A stretch of DNA of 64,000 bases, taken from Nemertoderma westbladi. Its lineage: Eukaryota; Animalia; Xenacoelomorpha. The DNA lies in NCBI GenBank assembly GCA_032718475.1, contig JAUCBJ010005652.1, forward strand, positions 75,676-139,675. Direction: 5' to 3'. Of the stretch, positions 11,222 to 23,566 are shown one piece after another. Numbering within the stretch: position 1 is the first letter of the stretch; the number at the start of each line of letters is the position of its first letter. Made by a program: the position numbers and the translations under genes. The notes beneath the pieces were generated by a model that was not told the DNA's origin, made no database searches, and saw nothing but the letters and a program-made list of their open reading frames with translations.

Positions 11222-13925
11222 ACATACGCGTATGTGCCGTATGTAATGGATTCCTATGGAGAATAATCCGTATGTGATTTTAGAGATTAGGCATTGCGGA
11301 CCAGTAAGAAGTGCACATCACACATGCAGACTGAAGACAGGTAGGCCTACTTAAAGCTAAGTGATTTAAAGCGTGTATCTACCGCTACCTTTTGTCAAAT
11401 AAACAATGCAGGACAGGTCCATGGATGAGTGACAGCCGGTGTCCGCCAGCCCCGGGATGCGCCAGCAGTGCAGTACCTATTAACCATAACTCTTCTTGAC
11501 GCCGCTTGGAAATCTAACCAACCGTGATTTATTTTTGAACTGTTTTTCCACCAACCTGGCTATAGAATGTTGTTGGTTGCTACAGTATATATGGCACTAA
11601 CATAGTATAACATAGCATAGACTGATAGAAGCAGCAATGAGAATGCTAAGGGAATAAACATTCGCACGCACATATTGAAAACCATCGTGCCAGTCTGTCC
11701 TTCTTTGTGAATTTATTAACATATAATATACCTTTACTTTCGCTGTTTCGGGGCCAGTATTTAGTTAACCATAGCAGGCCCTATGCAGCCAAGTGCCAAC
11801 AAGACAAACCTACTGTAGTGTCAGTTAGTCAAACCACGGTCAGCGAGTGCAACCGGGTGTCAGTAATTAATCTAAGTCCAACCGGGCGTCCCGTGTCAGT
11901 GACGCGTCCCGTGACAATAAAACAAGCGCTGTGGCGCATCCCGGGGCTGAAGGACATCATCTGTCACTCATCCCGGACCTAAAATGTTTATTTGCCATTA
12001 GGTAGCGGCAGCCGCAGTACATACAGGATAAAACTGAAGCAATTACAACTGCTCACATACAGCAACAATCAAGACTTACCTGGCAAACTGTAAATGAGGT
12101 ATCTGGTCGGATAAGTTGTGCAAAGGGGCGCCTCAAAGCCGATAGTCCTGAAGAACGTGTTGGGAAGTGGAAAAATCACTTCAGCAACTTGCTTGGGCAG
12201 CCACCAAACATCGAGGTCAGCCCTACAAGGAAAATATATGACAAGACACTACCTATACATAGAAACAGGGGACTTCACACCTGCCGAACTCCAAAGAAGC
12301 ATTAAAAGCATGTCCAATAATAAAGCGAGTGGATTAGATGAAATCCCAGCGGAGGTATGGAAAACCGGAGTGCTAAATAGACCATTATTGAATGTTTGCA
12401 ACCGGATGTTAAAAGGGGAAAAGCCACCACCAATTTGGACTAAAGGTAAACTAAAACCTCTCCCCAAGAAAGGAGACCTCGGCATACCAACAAACTATCG
12501 TGGGATCTGTCTGCTTGTGGTAGCTGCCAAAATATACAATAAAATGATTCTATATAGGATTAGGCCTCACATAGAGAAACTACTGCGTAAGAGCCAAAAC
12601 GGATTTCGACCAAGTAGATCAACAATAGCTCAGATACTTGCACTACGGAGACTGATTGAAGGAATAAAGTCAAAGAATCTCCCCGCAGTCATGACTTTTG
12701 TGGACTTCAAGAAGGCATTCCACTCCATCCATAGAGGTAAAATGCTTGAAATCCTAAGAGCTTATGAAATACCAGAAGTAATTGTTGCTGGCATTGGATT
12801 GCTATATTGTGACACAGAAGCGCAGGTACTCTCACCAGATGGTGAAACTGAGTTTTTCTCAATCCTAGCTGGCGTACTGCAAGGTGACACATTAGCACCA
12901 TTACTATTTGTAGTAATTGTGCTGGATTACGCAATGAGGACGGCCACAAAGGGTGAAGATCTGGGATTCACACTTCAAGAACGCAGAAGTAGTAGATATC
13001 CGGCAACTACAGTCACAGACACCGACTTTGCGGATGACATCGCCCTGCTCTCTAACCTGACGCTAGCAGATGCACAGCTTCTACTAAATAAAGTGGAGAG
13101 GGCTGCTAAGGAGGTTGGATTGCATATAAATGCTACCAAGACCGAATTCATGACCTTTAATGTTGATGGAAACTTGACAACCATTGATAATAATCAACTA
13201 AGGAAGGTCGATGACTTCCAGTACCTTGGATCATGGATAGAGAGTAGCAAAAAGGACATAGAAGTTAGGAAAGCAAAGGCTTGGGTAGCTCTATCAAAAA
13301 TGGATACCATCTGGAAATCAGATCTTTCGAGCCACAGTGGAAAGTGTATTTTTATACGGGGGTGAGACCTGGACACTGACTAAATCACTTGAACAACGAA
13401 TTGATGGTTGCTACACAAGACTACTAAGGGCAGCCCTAAACATCTGCTGGAGACAACACATGACAAACGCCGAGCTTTATGGTACAATACCACCTGTATC
13501 AACCACCCTCCGTGAACGCAGATTAAGATTCAGTGGGCACTGCTGGCGAAGTAAAGACGAGGTCATACCAGATCTACTTCTCTGGCAACCAACTCATGGA
13601 AAGCGCAGTCGTGGACGACCTGCCATAACATATATAGATTAACTTGAAAGGGATACTGAACTTGGGAGAAACGAAATTGCGACAACTATGGAGAATCGGG
13701 AAGCCTGGAAGGATCTCATTTCCACTGTCCGAGTTCGCTCGACTTAGTAGTAGTAGTAGTAGCGGCAGCCGCACTCTTTAAATCATATCGCTTTTAAGTA
13801 GGCCTACCTGTCTTCAGTCTGCATGTGTGTTGTGCACTTCTTACTGGTTCGCAATGCCTAATCTTTAAAATCACATACGGATTATTCTCCATAGGAATCC
13901 ATTACATACGCACATACGCGTATGT
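11222..13925. mobile_element. Foldback/MITE-like element with ~250-bp inverted arms; right arm interrupted by an RTE LINE
   Basis: 11222-11355 is the reverse complement of ~13793-13925. Similarity continues from 11355-11470 to 11925-12016. Both ends carry the palindrome ACATACGCGTATGT. Confidence 0.8.
12017..13758 (+). mobile_element. 5'-truncated RTE-clade-like LINE (RT and C-terminus, frameshifted) with (TAG)n tail and 15-bp TSD
   Basis: RT motifs KASGLDEIP, NYRGICLL, QNGFRP, FVDFKKAF, GVLQGDTLAP, FADDIAL, YLGS. C-terminus LYGGETWTL...GKRSRGRP. TSD GTAGCGGCAGCCGCA at 12002-12016 and 13759-13773. Confidence 0.93.
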
Positions 13926-13983
13926 GCATACGGATACGGCAAATGCATACGGATACGGATATAGATACGGCGAAAAGTTATAC

Positions 13984-14175
13984 CCAATAAATAGCCTGTT
14001 GTGTCAACTGATTGTTTGTTTTTATAGCATGTTTATTAGTTGATTGTTTATGTGTCTACTGATTGTCTGTTATTGGCCAATAAATAGCCTGTTGTATCAA
14101 CTGATTGTTTGTTTTTATAGCATGTTTATTAGTTTATTGTTTATGTGTCAGCTGATTGTTTGTTATTGGCCAATA
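13984..14175. repeat. Short tandem duplication (~92-bp unit, about 2 copies)
   Basis: CCAATAAATAGCCTGTTG..CAACTGATTGTTTGTTTTTATAGCATGTTTATTAG is repeated. Confidence 0.75.
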
Positions 14176-14485
14176 GAATGTCATCTGAAAGTTTTTAGTG
14201 TTGATGATTGTTATCTTGTAATAGTATTGCCCTCTTCCAATAAAGTCTTAACGAAAGAAACAATTGGAAAACATAACATTTTAATTTTTAATAGATTAAA
14301 TTAACATTAAACACTAAAATTAGACAAGATTTGGTGTTGATGGATTCGAAATAAACATTCAGATTTAAATTAATATTAACCAAATTCTTATAATCGTACT
14401 TTGTAAGTTATCTATGTAATAATAATATAATAGACTGCACGCACACCGTATGTGAGTATCCACAATGGAGGCTGTTAACTGTAAC

Positions 14486-15055
14486 CAGACATCCCACTCA
14501 AAACAAAAAAAAAACGCAGCCAACTTCAAAAAAACGCAGCATCGAAATGTGCCCTACACCCCTATGTCAGTCCCACACCCACTACACTCGTCGACGCCCC
14601 CCCCCCCCCCCCCCCCCCCAGTCCCACACCCACTACACTCGTTACCCCGATAGCCGATCACAAGGAAGCATACCAAATGAGGAGACAGAGGGCAGGAGGG
14701 AATCCGTACTCTGCAGACAGCACTCACTATGTACATTGTCCAATGTCTAACTGTACTGTAGGGATCCGCCATCCATCCGGTATTTAGCTGATTCAGACAG
14801 AGCGTTGCGTTGCTAGGATACTGTTCCATTGACCATTACTGCATTAACTATCTATTGTTAAATAAATAAAAAATAAACTTAAAGTCTTTTTTTAAGTTCT
14901 AACAAATTTGGATTATGTGTATTTTATTTACAAATATACTCAACATTTCAAGAAAAAAACGCAGGATTGGCATGTTTTCGAAAAAAAAAGTGGCTTTAGC
15001 GCAAGCTGTGAGAGAAAAACGCATTGCGTTAAAAACCGCAGCAGTGGGATGCCTG
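14486..15055. mobile_element. hAT-like MITE
   Basis: TIR CAGACATCCCACT / AGTGGGATGCCTG; 8-bp TSD ACTGTAAC / GCTGTAAC (7/8 match); subterminal AAAAACGC repeats. Confidence 0.8.
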
Positions 15056-15554
15056 GCTGTAACCTAAATTAATCCAGCGATTAGACCTCGACATTATTAG
15101 TATCCAAACACCATTTAGACCTCGAACGAAAGTTTAGATTCAGAAAATAGTAAAGAAAAAAAGTCGAAAAGTAAGTAAATAATGTGTAGGCGTATATGAA
15201 TGAATACAATATAAATCCAGAATTCCTAAGTAAAATAGCACAATAGGTTGCAATCGTATTATATATTAAATGTGTTTTTAAATTAATTAAATAATTACTA
15301 AATTATTAAATTGAAACATTTAGAAAGTTTAGATTGTTAAAATATTTAGAGCGTAAGTATCAAACAACCGTAATATTTCGATGAAAGTGAAAGGGGGTGT
15401 AGGTGTGGGTGTGATTGCAGAGCAGGGTTGAGTTGAAGGTTTGAAATACCCTTTTAAGACATTGTTCGCCAAGGCCAACTATTATCTCAATACAAAAAAT
15501 ATAGAGGTCCAAAGTCAATCTAACGCCCAATTACAAATAAAAATAAACAGTGAC

Positions 15555-18130
15555 AGTACCACAGCGCCTCAACGTTGTTACCTAACTGCCCCACCAGCAG
15601 TACCACAGTGCCACTAGAGGTTACCTAACTGTCCAGCCAGCAGTACCACAGTGCCACTAGAGGTTACCTAACTGCCCCACCAGCAGTACCACAGTGCCAC
15701 TAGTGGTTACCTAACTGTCCCACCAGCAGTACCACAGTGCCACTAGAGGTTACCTAACTGTCCAGCCAGCAGTACCACAGTGCCACTAGTGGTTACCTAA
15801 CTGTCCCACCAGCAGAACCACAGTGGCACTATTGGTTACCTAACTGCCCCACCAGCAGTACCACAGTGCCACTAGTGGTTACATAACTGTCCCACCAGCA
15901 GTACCACAGTGCCACTAGAGGTTACCTAACTGTCCAGCCAGCAGTACCACAGTGCCTCTAGTGGTTACCTAACTGCCCCACCAGCAGTACCACAGTGCCA
16001 CTAGTGGTTACCTAACTGTCCAGCCAGGAGTACCACAGTGCCTCTAGTTGTTACCTAACTGCCCCACCAGCAGTCACAGTGCCTCTAGTGAGTGGTTACC
16101 TAACTGTCCAGCCAGCAGTACCACAGTGCCACTAGTGGTTACCTAACTGTCCCACCAGCAGTACCACAGTGCCACTAGTGGTTACCTAACTGTCCAGCCA
16201 GCAGTACCACAGTGCCACTAGTGGTTACATAACTGTCCCACCAGCAGTACCACAGTGCCACTAGAGGTTACCTAACTGTCCAGCCAGCAGTACCACAGTG
16301 CCACTAGTGGTTACATAACTGCCCCACCAGCAGTACCACAGTGCCTCTAGTGGTTACCTAACTGCCCCACCAGCAGTACCACAGTGCCTCTAGTGGTTAC
16401 CTAACTGCCCCACCAGCAGTACCACAGTGCCTCTAGTTGTTACCTAACTGCCCCACCAGCAGTCACAGTGCCACTAGTGGTTACATAACTGCCCCACCAG
16501 CAGTACCACAGTGCCACTAGTGGTTACCTAACTGTCCAGCCAGCAGTACCACAGTGCCACTAGTGGTTACATAACTGCCCCACCAGCAGTACCACAGTGC
16601 CTCTAGTGGTTACCTAACTGCCCCACCAGCAGTCACAGTGCCTCTAGTGGTTACCTAACTGTCCAGCCAGCAGTACCACAGTGCCACTAGTGGTTACCTA
16701 ACTGTCCCACCAGCAGAACCACAGTGGCACTATTGGTTACCTAACTGCCCCACCAGCAGTACCACAGTGCCACTAGTGGTTACATAACTGTCCCACCAGC
16801 AGTACCACAGTGCCACTAGAGGTTACCTAACTGTCCAGCCAGCAATACCACAGTGCCTCAAATGGTTACCTAACTGTCCCACCAGCAGTACCACAGTGCC
16901 ACTAGTGGTTACCTAACTGTCCAGCCAGCAGTACCACAGTGCCACTAGTGGTTACATAACTGCCCCACCAGCAGTACCACAGTGCCTCTAGTGGTTACCT
17001 AACTGCCCCACCAGCAGTCACAGTGCCTCTAGTGGTTACCTAACTGTCCAGCCAGCAGTACCACAGTGCCACTAGTGGTTACCTAACTGTCCCACCAGCA
17101 GAACCACAGTGGCACTATTGGTTACCTAACTGCCCCACCAGCAGTACCACAGTGCCACTAGTGGTTACATAACTGTCCCACCAGCAGTACCACAGTGCCA
17201 CTAGAGGTTACCTAACTGTCCAGCCAGCAGTACCACAGTGCCTCAAATGGTTACCTAACTGTCCCACCAGCAGTACCACAGTGCCACTAGTAGTGGTTAC
17301 CTAACTGTCCAGCCAGCAGTACCACAGTGCCACTAGTGGTTACATAACTGTCCCACCAGCAGTACCACTGTGCCACTAGTGGTTACCTAACTGTCCCACC
17401 AGCAGAACCACAGTGGCACTATTGGTTACCTAACTGCCCCACCAGCAGTACCACATTCCCACTAGTGGATACCTAACTGTCCAGCCATCAGTACCACAGT
17501 GCCACTAGTGGTTACATAACTGCCCCACCAGCAGTACCACAGTGCCTCTAGTGGTTACCTAACTGCCCCACCAGCAGTCACAGTGCCTCTAGTGGTTACC
17601 TAACTGTCCAGCCAGCAGTACCACAGTGCCACTAGTGGTTACCTAACTGTCCCACCAGCAGAACCACAGTGGCACTATTGGTTACCTAACTGCCCCACCA
17701 GCAGTACCACAGTGCCACTAGTGGTTACATAACTGTCCCACCAGCAATACCACAGTGCCACTAGTGGTTACATAACTGTCCCACCAGCAGTACCACAGTG
17801 CCACTAGAGGTTACCTAACTGTCCAGCCAGCAGTACCACAGTGCCTCTAGTGGTTTCCTAACTGCCCCACCAGCAGTACCACAGTGCCACTATTGGTTAC
17901 CTAACTGTCCAGCCAGCAGTACCACAGTGCCACTAGTGGTTACATAACTGCCCCACCAGCAGTACCACAGTGCCACTAGTGGTTACATAACTGTCCCACC
18001 AGCAGTACCACAGTGCCTCTAGTGGTTACCTAACTGTCCAGCCAGCAGTACCACAGTGCCACTAGTGGTTCCCTAACTGCCCCACCAGCAGTGCCACAGT
18101 GCCACTAGTGGTTCCCTAACTGCCCCGCCA
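15555..18130. repeat. 43-bp satellite (GTTACCTAACTGCCCCACCAGCAGTACCACAGTGCCACTAGTG), about 60 units, overlapping the HEXD-like stop codon
   Basis: Direct tandem periodicity; recurring variant units suggest higher-order structure. Confidence 0.95.
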
Positions 18131-19835
18131 CTGCAATTGCGTCGTTTTTATTAAGATTCGAAAGTTCTTTCTGCCTTATAGACTCGCATTGTTCGAGAAT
18201 GGCCTGTAGTTGCTTGGCAACTGGTTCTACGTAAGATTCAATCAATTCATCGATGTGATAAACCGGCATAAAGTCGACTAGAGCCGATCGGGTTAGAGTC
18301 TCTGTAGCAGAGAGCAACTCGACGAAATGTTTAGCTTTACGTTGTAGGTCGTCAACACGAAGCAGATTGATTTGGTTGCGTTTGAGTTTGGCGGGATTCA
18401 GCCAGCCAGCCACGTATTGGCCGTGGACGAAGTCCTTAGAGCGGTGCAGATAGCGGTTCAGATCAACTACAATCTGGTAGATATTGGCGCCCGGGAAATC
18501 GCCGACGCCGGAAGATCCGTCGTCCAGTTCCATGGATTCTAGACGGAGCGGGTTGAGGAAACCCAGCGATCTGGAGACCTCCTCGTGGAGTTGGTTGGTA
18601 AAGCAACCGGTGTCCAGAGCTCGGAGACATACAACCAGCGAGGGGACAGACACCGGTAGCAACTCGCACTGGATCGCGAAGTGGTCGTAGCGAGACCAGC
18701 CGGTGAGCGCGACTCCGCGGAAATCGATCGAGTGCGGAAGCTCGTTGACGACGTTCAACCAGAGGACCTGCGGGACGACTTGGTTGAGAATAGGAGTGGT
18801 TAGTTTGTCGCTGTTTGTGGACCCTTTGAAGCAACTGGCGCCCCAGACGCGAGGGAACACAGCCGCGTAGTTGGCCCACATGTTGGGCGGGTAGAGTTGC
18901 TTGTGGTTGTACCAGCGGTAGTTCCAGACCATCGGCTCGACCAGGCGACCCAGATCGAGTTGTTTCATTGCGTCAACAGAGGCCGTGCGAATCATATCGT
19001 CCCAGATTATCGGTGTGACGCGTTTCTCGCGAACGTATTTGGCTACGGTTACGACGTGGTTGAGAAAGAACAGCGTTTTATCGCCGTGGAATGTTTCACG
19101 TAGAACTCGCTGTGTCAGCTCGTTCTCCGCAATGTTATAAACTTCGTCGCAGCCGATGTGAAGGTATTTAACAGCGGGATGCATCGCAAGGATTTGATCT
19201 ATTATAGTTTCTATGAGTCTCTGAGATTCGTCCAAACTTGGGTTTATTACCATCGAGTACAACGGCACTTCCCTAAGATGCGCGAATTTACCGTGTTTCA
19301 GAACGAATTCCATGTGACCGTAAGTCTGGATCAACGGAATAACATCCAGGTTGTGAGCGGCGGAGAGTTCTAGTATCTCTGCGATATCGGCGCTCTGGTA
19401 GGCGTGTTTAGCTGATAAGACGGAAAGTTCTCCGGAATACGGAAAAGTATCTTCGTACTCTATCAGTAAACCGGTTGCTCCCCATTGGGATAAGTAAGGA
19501 ATTATCTTCCTGAGATAAGAAATACTAGGGGGAGATCCTTTTAAGTCTAGATGTACGAGTTTATGTTTATCTTTCATTAAATCGGGTTTGGATTCGCATT
19601 TAATGTCAACGTCCATCTTACAGTTTGTGTCTCCGTACTTTACGAACCGCCCTCTGTTGGAGTCCGGACTGGTGGACGCGACTGACGTGCTGTGGGAGAT
19701 CGACTTACTAAGATTATTGTGTGGGAAGGTCAACTTCTCATTAGCGATCGATGTGTACCCGAAATAACTTACTGAAGAAAACACAATGATAGCCCCCAAT
19801 AGTTTGAGATAAAACTGCAACCCTCTTCTCCTCAT
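18105..19835 (-). CDS. HEXD: Hexosaminidase D-like glycoside hydrolase (GH20) with an N-terminal signal-anchor; single coding exon
   Basis: Motifs LVHLDLKG, GATGLLIEYEDTFPY, IPLIQTYGHMEFVLK, catalytic HIGCDEV, WDDMIR, WGASCFKG, LTGWSRYDHFA..CELLP. Hydrophobic segment LLGAIIVFSSVSYFGY. Confidence 0.92.
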   Translation of the reverse strand: MRRRGLQFYLKLLGAIIVFSSVSYFGYTSIANEKLTFPHNNLSKSISHSTSVASTSPDSNRGRFVKYGDTNCKMDVDIKCESKPDLMKDKHKLVHLDLKGSPPSISYLRKIIPYLSQWGATGLLIEYEDTFPYSGELSVLSAKHAYQSADIAEILELSAAHNLDVIPLIQTYGHMEFVLKHGKFAHLREVPLYSMVINPSLDESQRLIETIIDQILAMHPAVKYLHIGCDEVYNIAENELTQRVLRETFHGDKTLFFLNHVVTVAKYVREKRVTPIIWDDMIRTASVDAMKQLDLGRLVEPMVWNYRWYNHKQLYPPNMWANYAAVFPRVWGASCFKGSTNSDKLTTPILNQVVPQVLWLNVVNELPHSIDFRGVALTGWSRYDHFAIQCELLPVSVPSLVVCLRALDTGCFTNQLHEEVSRSLGFLNPLRLESMELDDGSSGVGDFPGANIYQIVVDLNRYLHRSKDFVHGQYVAGWLNPAKLKRNQINLLRVDDLQRKAKHFVELLSATETLTRSALVDFMPVYHIDELIESYVEPVAKQLQAILEQCESIRQKELSNLNKNDAIAVAGQLGNH

Positions 19836-20174
19836 AACAAATATAAATTGTTGAAATAGGTAGGGGGTTAAAGGGCTACGGCTAAACTAGACCTACTATA
19901 CTTTGTTGATTACTAGTGGAACTGATTGATAAAAACTGGCGTTAGCGGTACGTACATCGGTCGCTATGGCACAACAATGTGTACAGTATACCTGTATACA
20001 GGTATAGGCTTACCTGTATTCAGATGGAAAGTGAAATAATAACTTTCGGTATGGTATGGAGCGAGCACGAGATATGGTATATCAATATCAGTATTCAGGT
20101 TAGCAATTGCAAAACTCTTCCTATAGTAGTAGTAGTCCAGGAGTCTACTAAAACATAATAATTATGATACTGTG

Positions 20175-21196
20175 TTCCATTGCTTGTCTGACTCGCTTGG
20201 CTGGGGTCTCTCAGTGAGGTGAGAGTTTATTCTATTTGGTTGTCTGACTCGTTGGCTGGGGTCTCCCAGTGAGGTGAGAGTTGATTCCATTGGTTGTCTG
20301 ACTCACTGGCTGGGCTCTCCCAGTGAGGTGAGAGTTGATTCCATTGGTTGTCTGACTGGCTGGCTGGGGTCTCTCGGGTAGCAGATAGGAGTAGCGCCCA
20401 ACTCTACCTTCGGGTAGCAGATAGGACTACCAATGAGGTGAGAGTTGATTCCATTGGTTGTCTGACTCGCTGGCTGGGGTCTTCCAGTGAGGTGAGAGTT
20501 GATTCCATTGGTTGTCTGACTCGCTGGCTAGGGTCTCCCAGTGAGGTGAGAGTTGATTCCATTGGTTGTCTGACTCGCTTGGCTGGGGTCTCTCAGTGAG
20601 GTGAGAGTTGATTCCATTGGTTGTCTGACTGGCTGGTTGGGGTCTCCCGCAGTGAGATGATAGTTGATTCCATTGGTTGTCTGACTCACTGGCTGGGCTC
20701 TCCCAGTAGGTGAGAGTTATTCCATTGGTTGTCTGACTCACTGGCTGGGCTCTCCCAGTGAGGTGAGAGTTGATTCCATTGGTTGTCTGACTGGCTGGCT
20801 GGGGTCTCTCGGGTAGCAGATAGGAGTAGCGCCCAACTCTACCTTCGGGTAGCAGATAGGAGTACCAATGAGGTGAGAGTTGATTCCATTGGTTGTCTGA
20901 CTCGCTGGCTGGGGTCTTCCAGTGAGGTGAGAGTTGATTCCATTGGTTGTCTGACTGGCTGGTTGGGGTCTCCCAGTGAGATGATAGTTGATTCCATTGG
21001 TTGTCTGACTCACTGGCTGGGCTCTCCAGTAGGTGAGAGTTATTCCATTGGTTGTCTGACTGGCTATGGCTGGGTCTTCCAGTGGAGGTGAGAGTTGATA
21101 CTATTTGGTTGTCTGACTCGCTGGCTAGGGTCTTCCAGTGAGGTGAGAGTTGATTCCATTGGTTGTCTGACTGGGGTCTCCCAGTGAGGTGAGAGG
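20175..21196. repeat. 54-bp tandem repeat with a ~435-bp higher-order duplication
   Basis: Unit GAGGTGAGAGTTGATTCCATTGGTTGTCTGACTCGCTGGCTGGGGTCTCCCAGT. The insert CGGGTAGCAGATAGGAGTAGCGCCC recurs at ~20375 and ~20810. Confidence 0.92.
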
Positions 21197-21327
21197 GATG
21201 TTTTATATTCGTTCTACGTTAGAGTAGTGAGTGTACTTGTGTAATATTGCATTTGTAACCATGTAACATGAAGGACCCCTTTGCAGCCTTGGAAATAAAG
21301 CTGCAAAGCTTTAAGGGCAATCCATGT

Positions 21328-21563
21328 GTCGCAGTGTCCGAGTGGATACGGCGCCTGAACTGCTTACACAATAGTGTTTGTTGGCGCAGGTTCGAATTCG
21401 GCTAAGGGGTTTGCAAGACACTTTGACTAGTGCTACGCCAACCCACCATAGATGGGAATCTGGCTTTGTTGGGTGCTTGGGTGTTATGATAATAAAAGCG
21501 CTTTGAGTATGTCGAGCCTAGAAAAGTGCTAGACCTATATAAGTAATCAATATTATTATTATT
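21328..21563 (+). mobile_element. tRNA-derived SINE
   Basis: Pol III A box TGTCCGAGTGG and B box GGTTCGAATTC. 3' tail AAAGCGCTTTGAG...GAAAAGTGCTA..TATAAGT..(TAT)n resembles L2/CR1-partnered SINE tails. Confidence 0.75.
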
Positions 21564-22190
21564 TTTTGTTTGTGTTGGACAATTAATACATACATTGTTT
21601 TGGTGTATATTTGTTATTGTTGTATATAAAAAAAATAGGCGGGAAATTCAAAAGGTTAGATCCAGTGAAGGAGTGAACTGGAATGGTATTGTGAATTTTC
21701 AGAATACGGGACGGGTACCCTACGCCCTCCTCATGTCTGCATGTACCTACTACTGCTTCCTTACTAACTGTGTAACTGTAGTGTCTGCCGGTCTGACTGT
21801 ACTACAGTATGCAGTACCGGTACTGCAGTGCAGTTAGGTTGTAATGTTGTAGTAAACTGTACAACCTGTTGCTTGTAGCTGTAGTCCTGTAGACACTTAG
21901 TCAGTTAGACAATAGGAGGTCTACACCTACATCCAGACAGCTACACCACCCAGCCACCACGCCTACGCCTATCAGCCTACAGGTTCTAGCCAGACAGCTA
22001 GATGCTAGAAGCCAGCTAGCAGTGCAGTAGCCGTGAATACTGAAATAGTCGAGCCCGTGGTCCGCCGATAGTAGTAGTCGAGTAGTCCGTCGATAGTAGT
22101 AGTGATCATACTGTCCTACAAAGTACAGTAGGCCTACCGGCTACCCTTTTTAAACTTTGCTATAAACATACTGACAGACTGACCAATAAA

Positions 22191-22934
22191 ATGTTATGTT
22201 TTAATATATTTAGATTGCGGGTTGTTGGCAATAACTCCAAACAAAGCTTTAATTTTAAACAAAAAGTCGTTTATAATTCAACTCAGGGACAGAGATTTTC
22301 CTTTGAAAATCGCTCACTATTTGTTTACATGAACCCGCATACCTGTTATGGTAGTTTATATAAAGCGTTTAAAATCGGCGGAGTCTATTCAATAACAAAA
22401 AGGAACTTTGCGAATACTGATGATGATGTGGAGGAAAACATTGCCGACAATGATGACGAAGAAGATGACCTGGAAGTAGATGATGTGGGGCCGGTAATCG
22501 AAAAGGATCCGCGGTTCGCTGGTATTCCTTCCTACGATAAAATCAATGTGAGGCTTCAGGGTCATGACTTCCCTGTATTGGAAAACTATTGTCGATTTAT
22601 TGAGCGGCAAGTTCCCAAACGTTTACCTGGTATATATATAGAGGAAATATTTCCTCTTCCAACTAAATTATTGGCAATGAGTTACTTACCAATAGGCGGG
22701 GTAAAAATGGAGAACGTTAATTTGAAGTTGCACGAACGGGTTGTAACTGTGGTCGATCTTCCCACAATAATTGGCCCCATTTTAATAGAGTTTCTCCAAT
22801 GCAATCTCCCTGAAGGTGTTTCCATGCTAATCGAACATTATAATGATTCCTTGTCGGAGCAACGCTATAAGAGTGAAGATGAATTAATTAGAGAGATATC
22901 AATGATTGCTGATACTGAAAAGTTTTTCAAATGA
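22191..22934 (+). CDS. MRPL48: Mitochondrial ribosomal protein mL48; single coding exon
   Basis: INVRLQGHDFPVLENY...EEIFPLPTK...LKLHERVVTV...IEFLQCNLPEGV matches the S10-like domain of MRPL48. The basic N-terminus resembles a mitochondrial presequence. Confidence 0.85.
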   Translation: MLCFNIFRLRVVGNNSKQSFNFKQKVVYNSTQGQRFSFENRSLFVYMNPHTCYGSLYKAFKIGGVYSITKRNFANTDDDVEENIADNDDEEDDLEVDDVGPVIEKDPRFAGIPSYDKINVRLQGHDFPVLENYCRFIERQVPKRLPGIYIEEIFPLPTKLLAMSYLPIGGVKMENVNLKLHERVVTVVDLPTIIGPILIEFLQCNLPEGVSMLIEHYNDSLSEQRYKSEDELIREISMIADTEKFFK

Positions 22935-23328
22935 ACAATATCAGTGAAATTTATTATAGTTACTATTAGTACTGTAGCATCATGTCGTTACTGATTAGAA
23001 TGATGTAACTATTATGGACTCATTATACATACCGCTCCTTAGGAGTATAACTTTATTATACAATGCTATTTTATTTTATTCTCCTCTCTTGGAACCGGGT
23101 ATTTTTTTTCGCGATGAACAACATAGCTACTAAACCAGCAGCAAGTTTCGGTTTCATAGATTTTAAGATTTTTCCAATTAAATGTTATTAGTTACCTGGT
23201 CCATCATGGTGGGTATTATAGTCAGCCGTCCTCAGTGATTCACAAGGACATGACATTACAAAATGTTAATGTTGGCCCATATGTATGAAGTATACCAGAC
23301 TTTCTTCCGTTATATTTCACTTTGCAGT

Positions 23329-23566
23329 TAACCCCCATATGAAGAATACCGGTACCAGGTTTTCTCCAAAAACACAGGTTACAGAAGGGCTGAATCTAAC
23401 CAAAACAATAAACGAATTAGTATATGTACAGGTTACAAGACAGAAATAAGCGCTATAAAACACTTAATAAAGATAAATTTAAAAAAATAGAAATTCTTCA
23501 TATATGAAATTCCAATAAAAAGTCGATCGAAAAGTGAAATCCTGGTATTCTTCACATGGGCGGTTA
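23329..23566. mobile_element. Small MITE-like element
   Basis: Inverted termini TAACCCCCATATGAAGAATACC / GGTATTCTTCACATGGGCGGTTA. Confidence 0.6.

Noticed and set aside
15555-18130. CRISPR-like array
   Set aside because: Units are contiguous with no unique spacers, there are no cas genes, and the context is eukaryotic. It is a satellite; the same holds for the 42-, 54-, 30- and 21-bp arrays.
21328-21410. Functional tRNA gene
   Set aside because: A and B boxes are present but there is no good acceptor stem, and it continues into a SINE-type body and tail.
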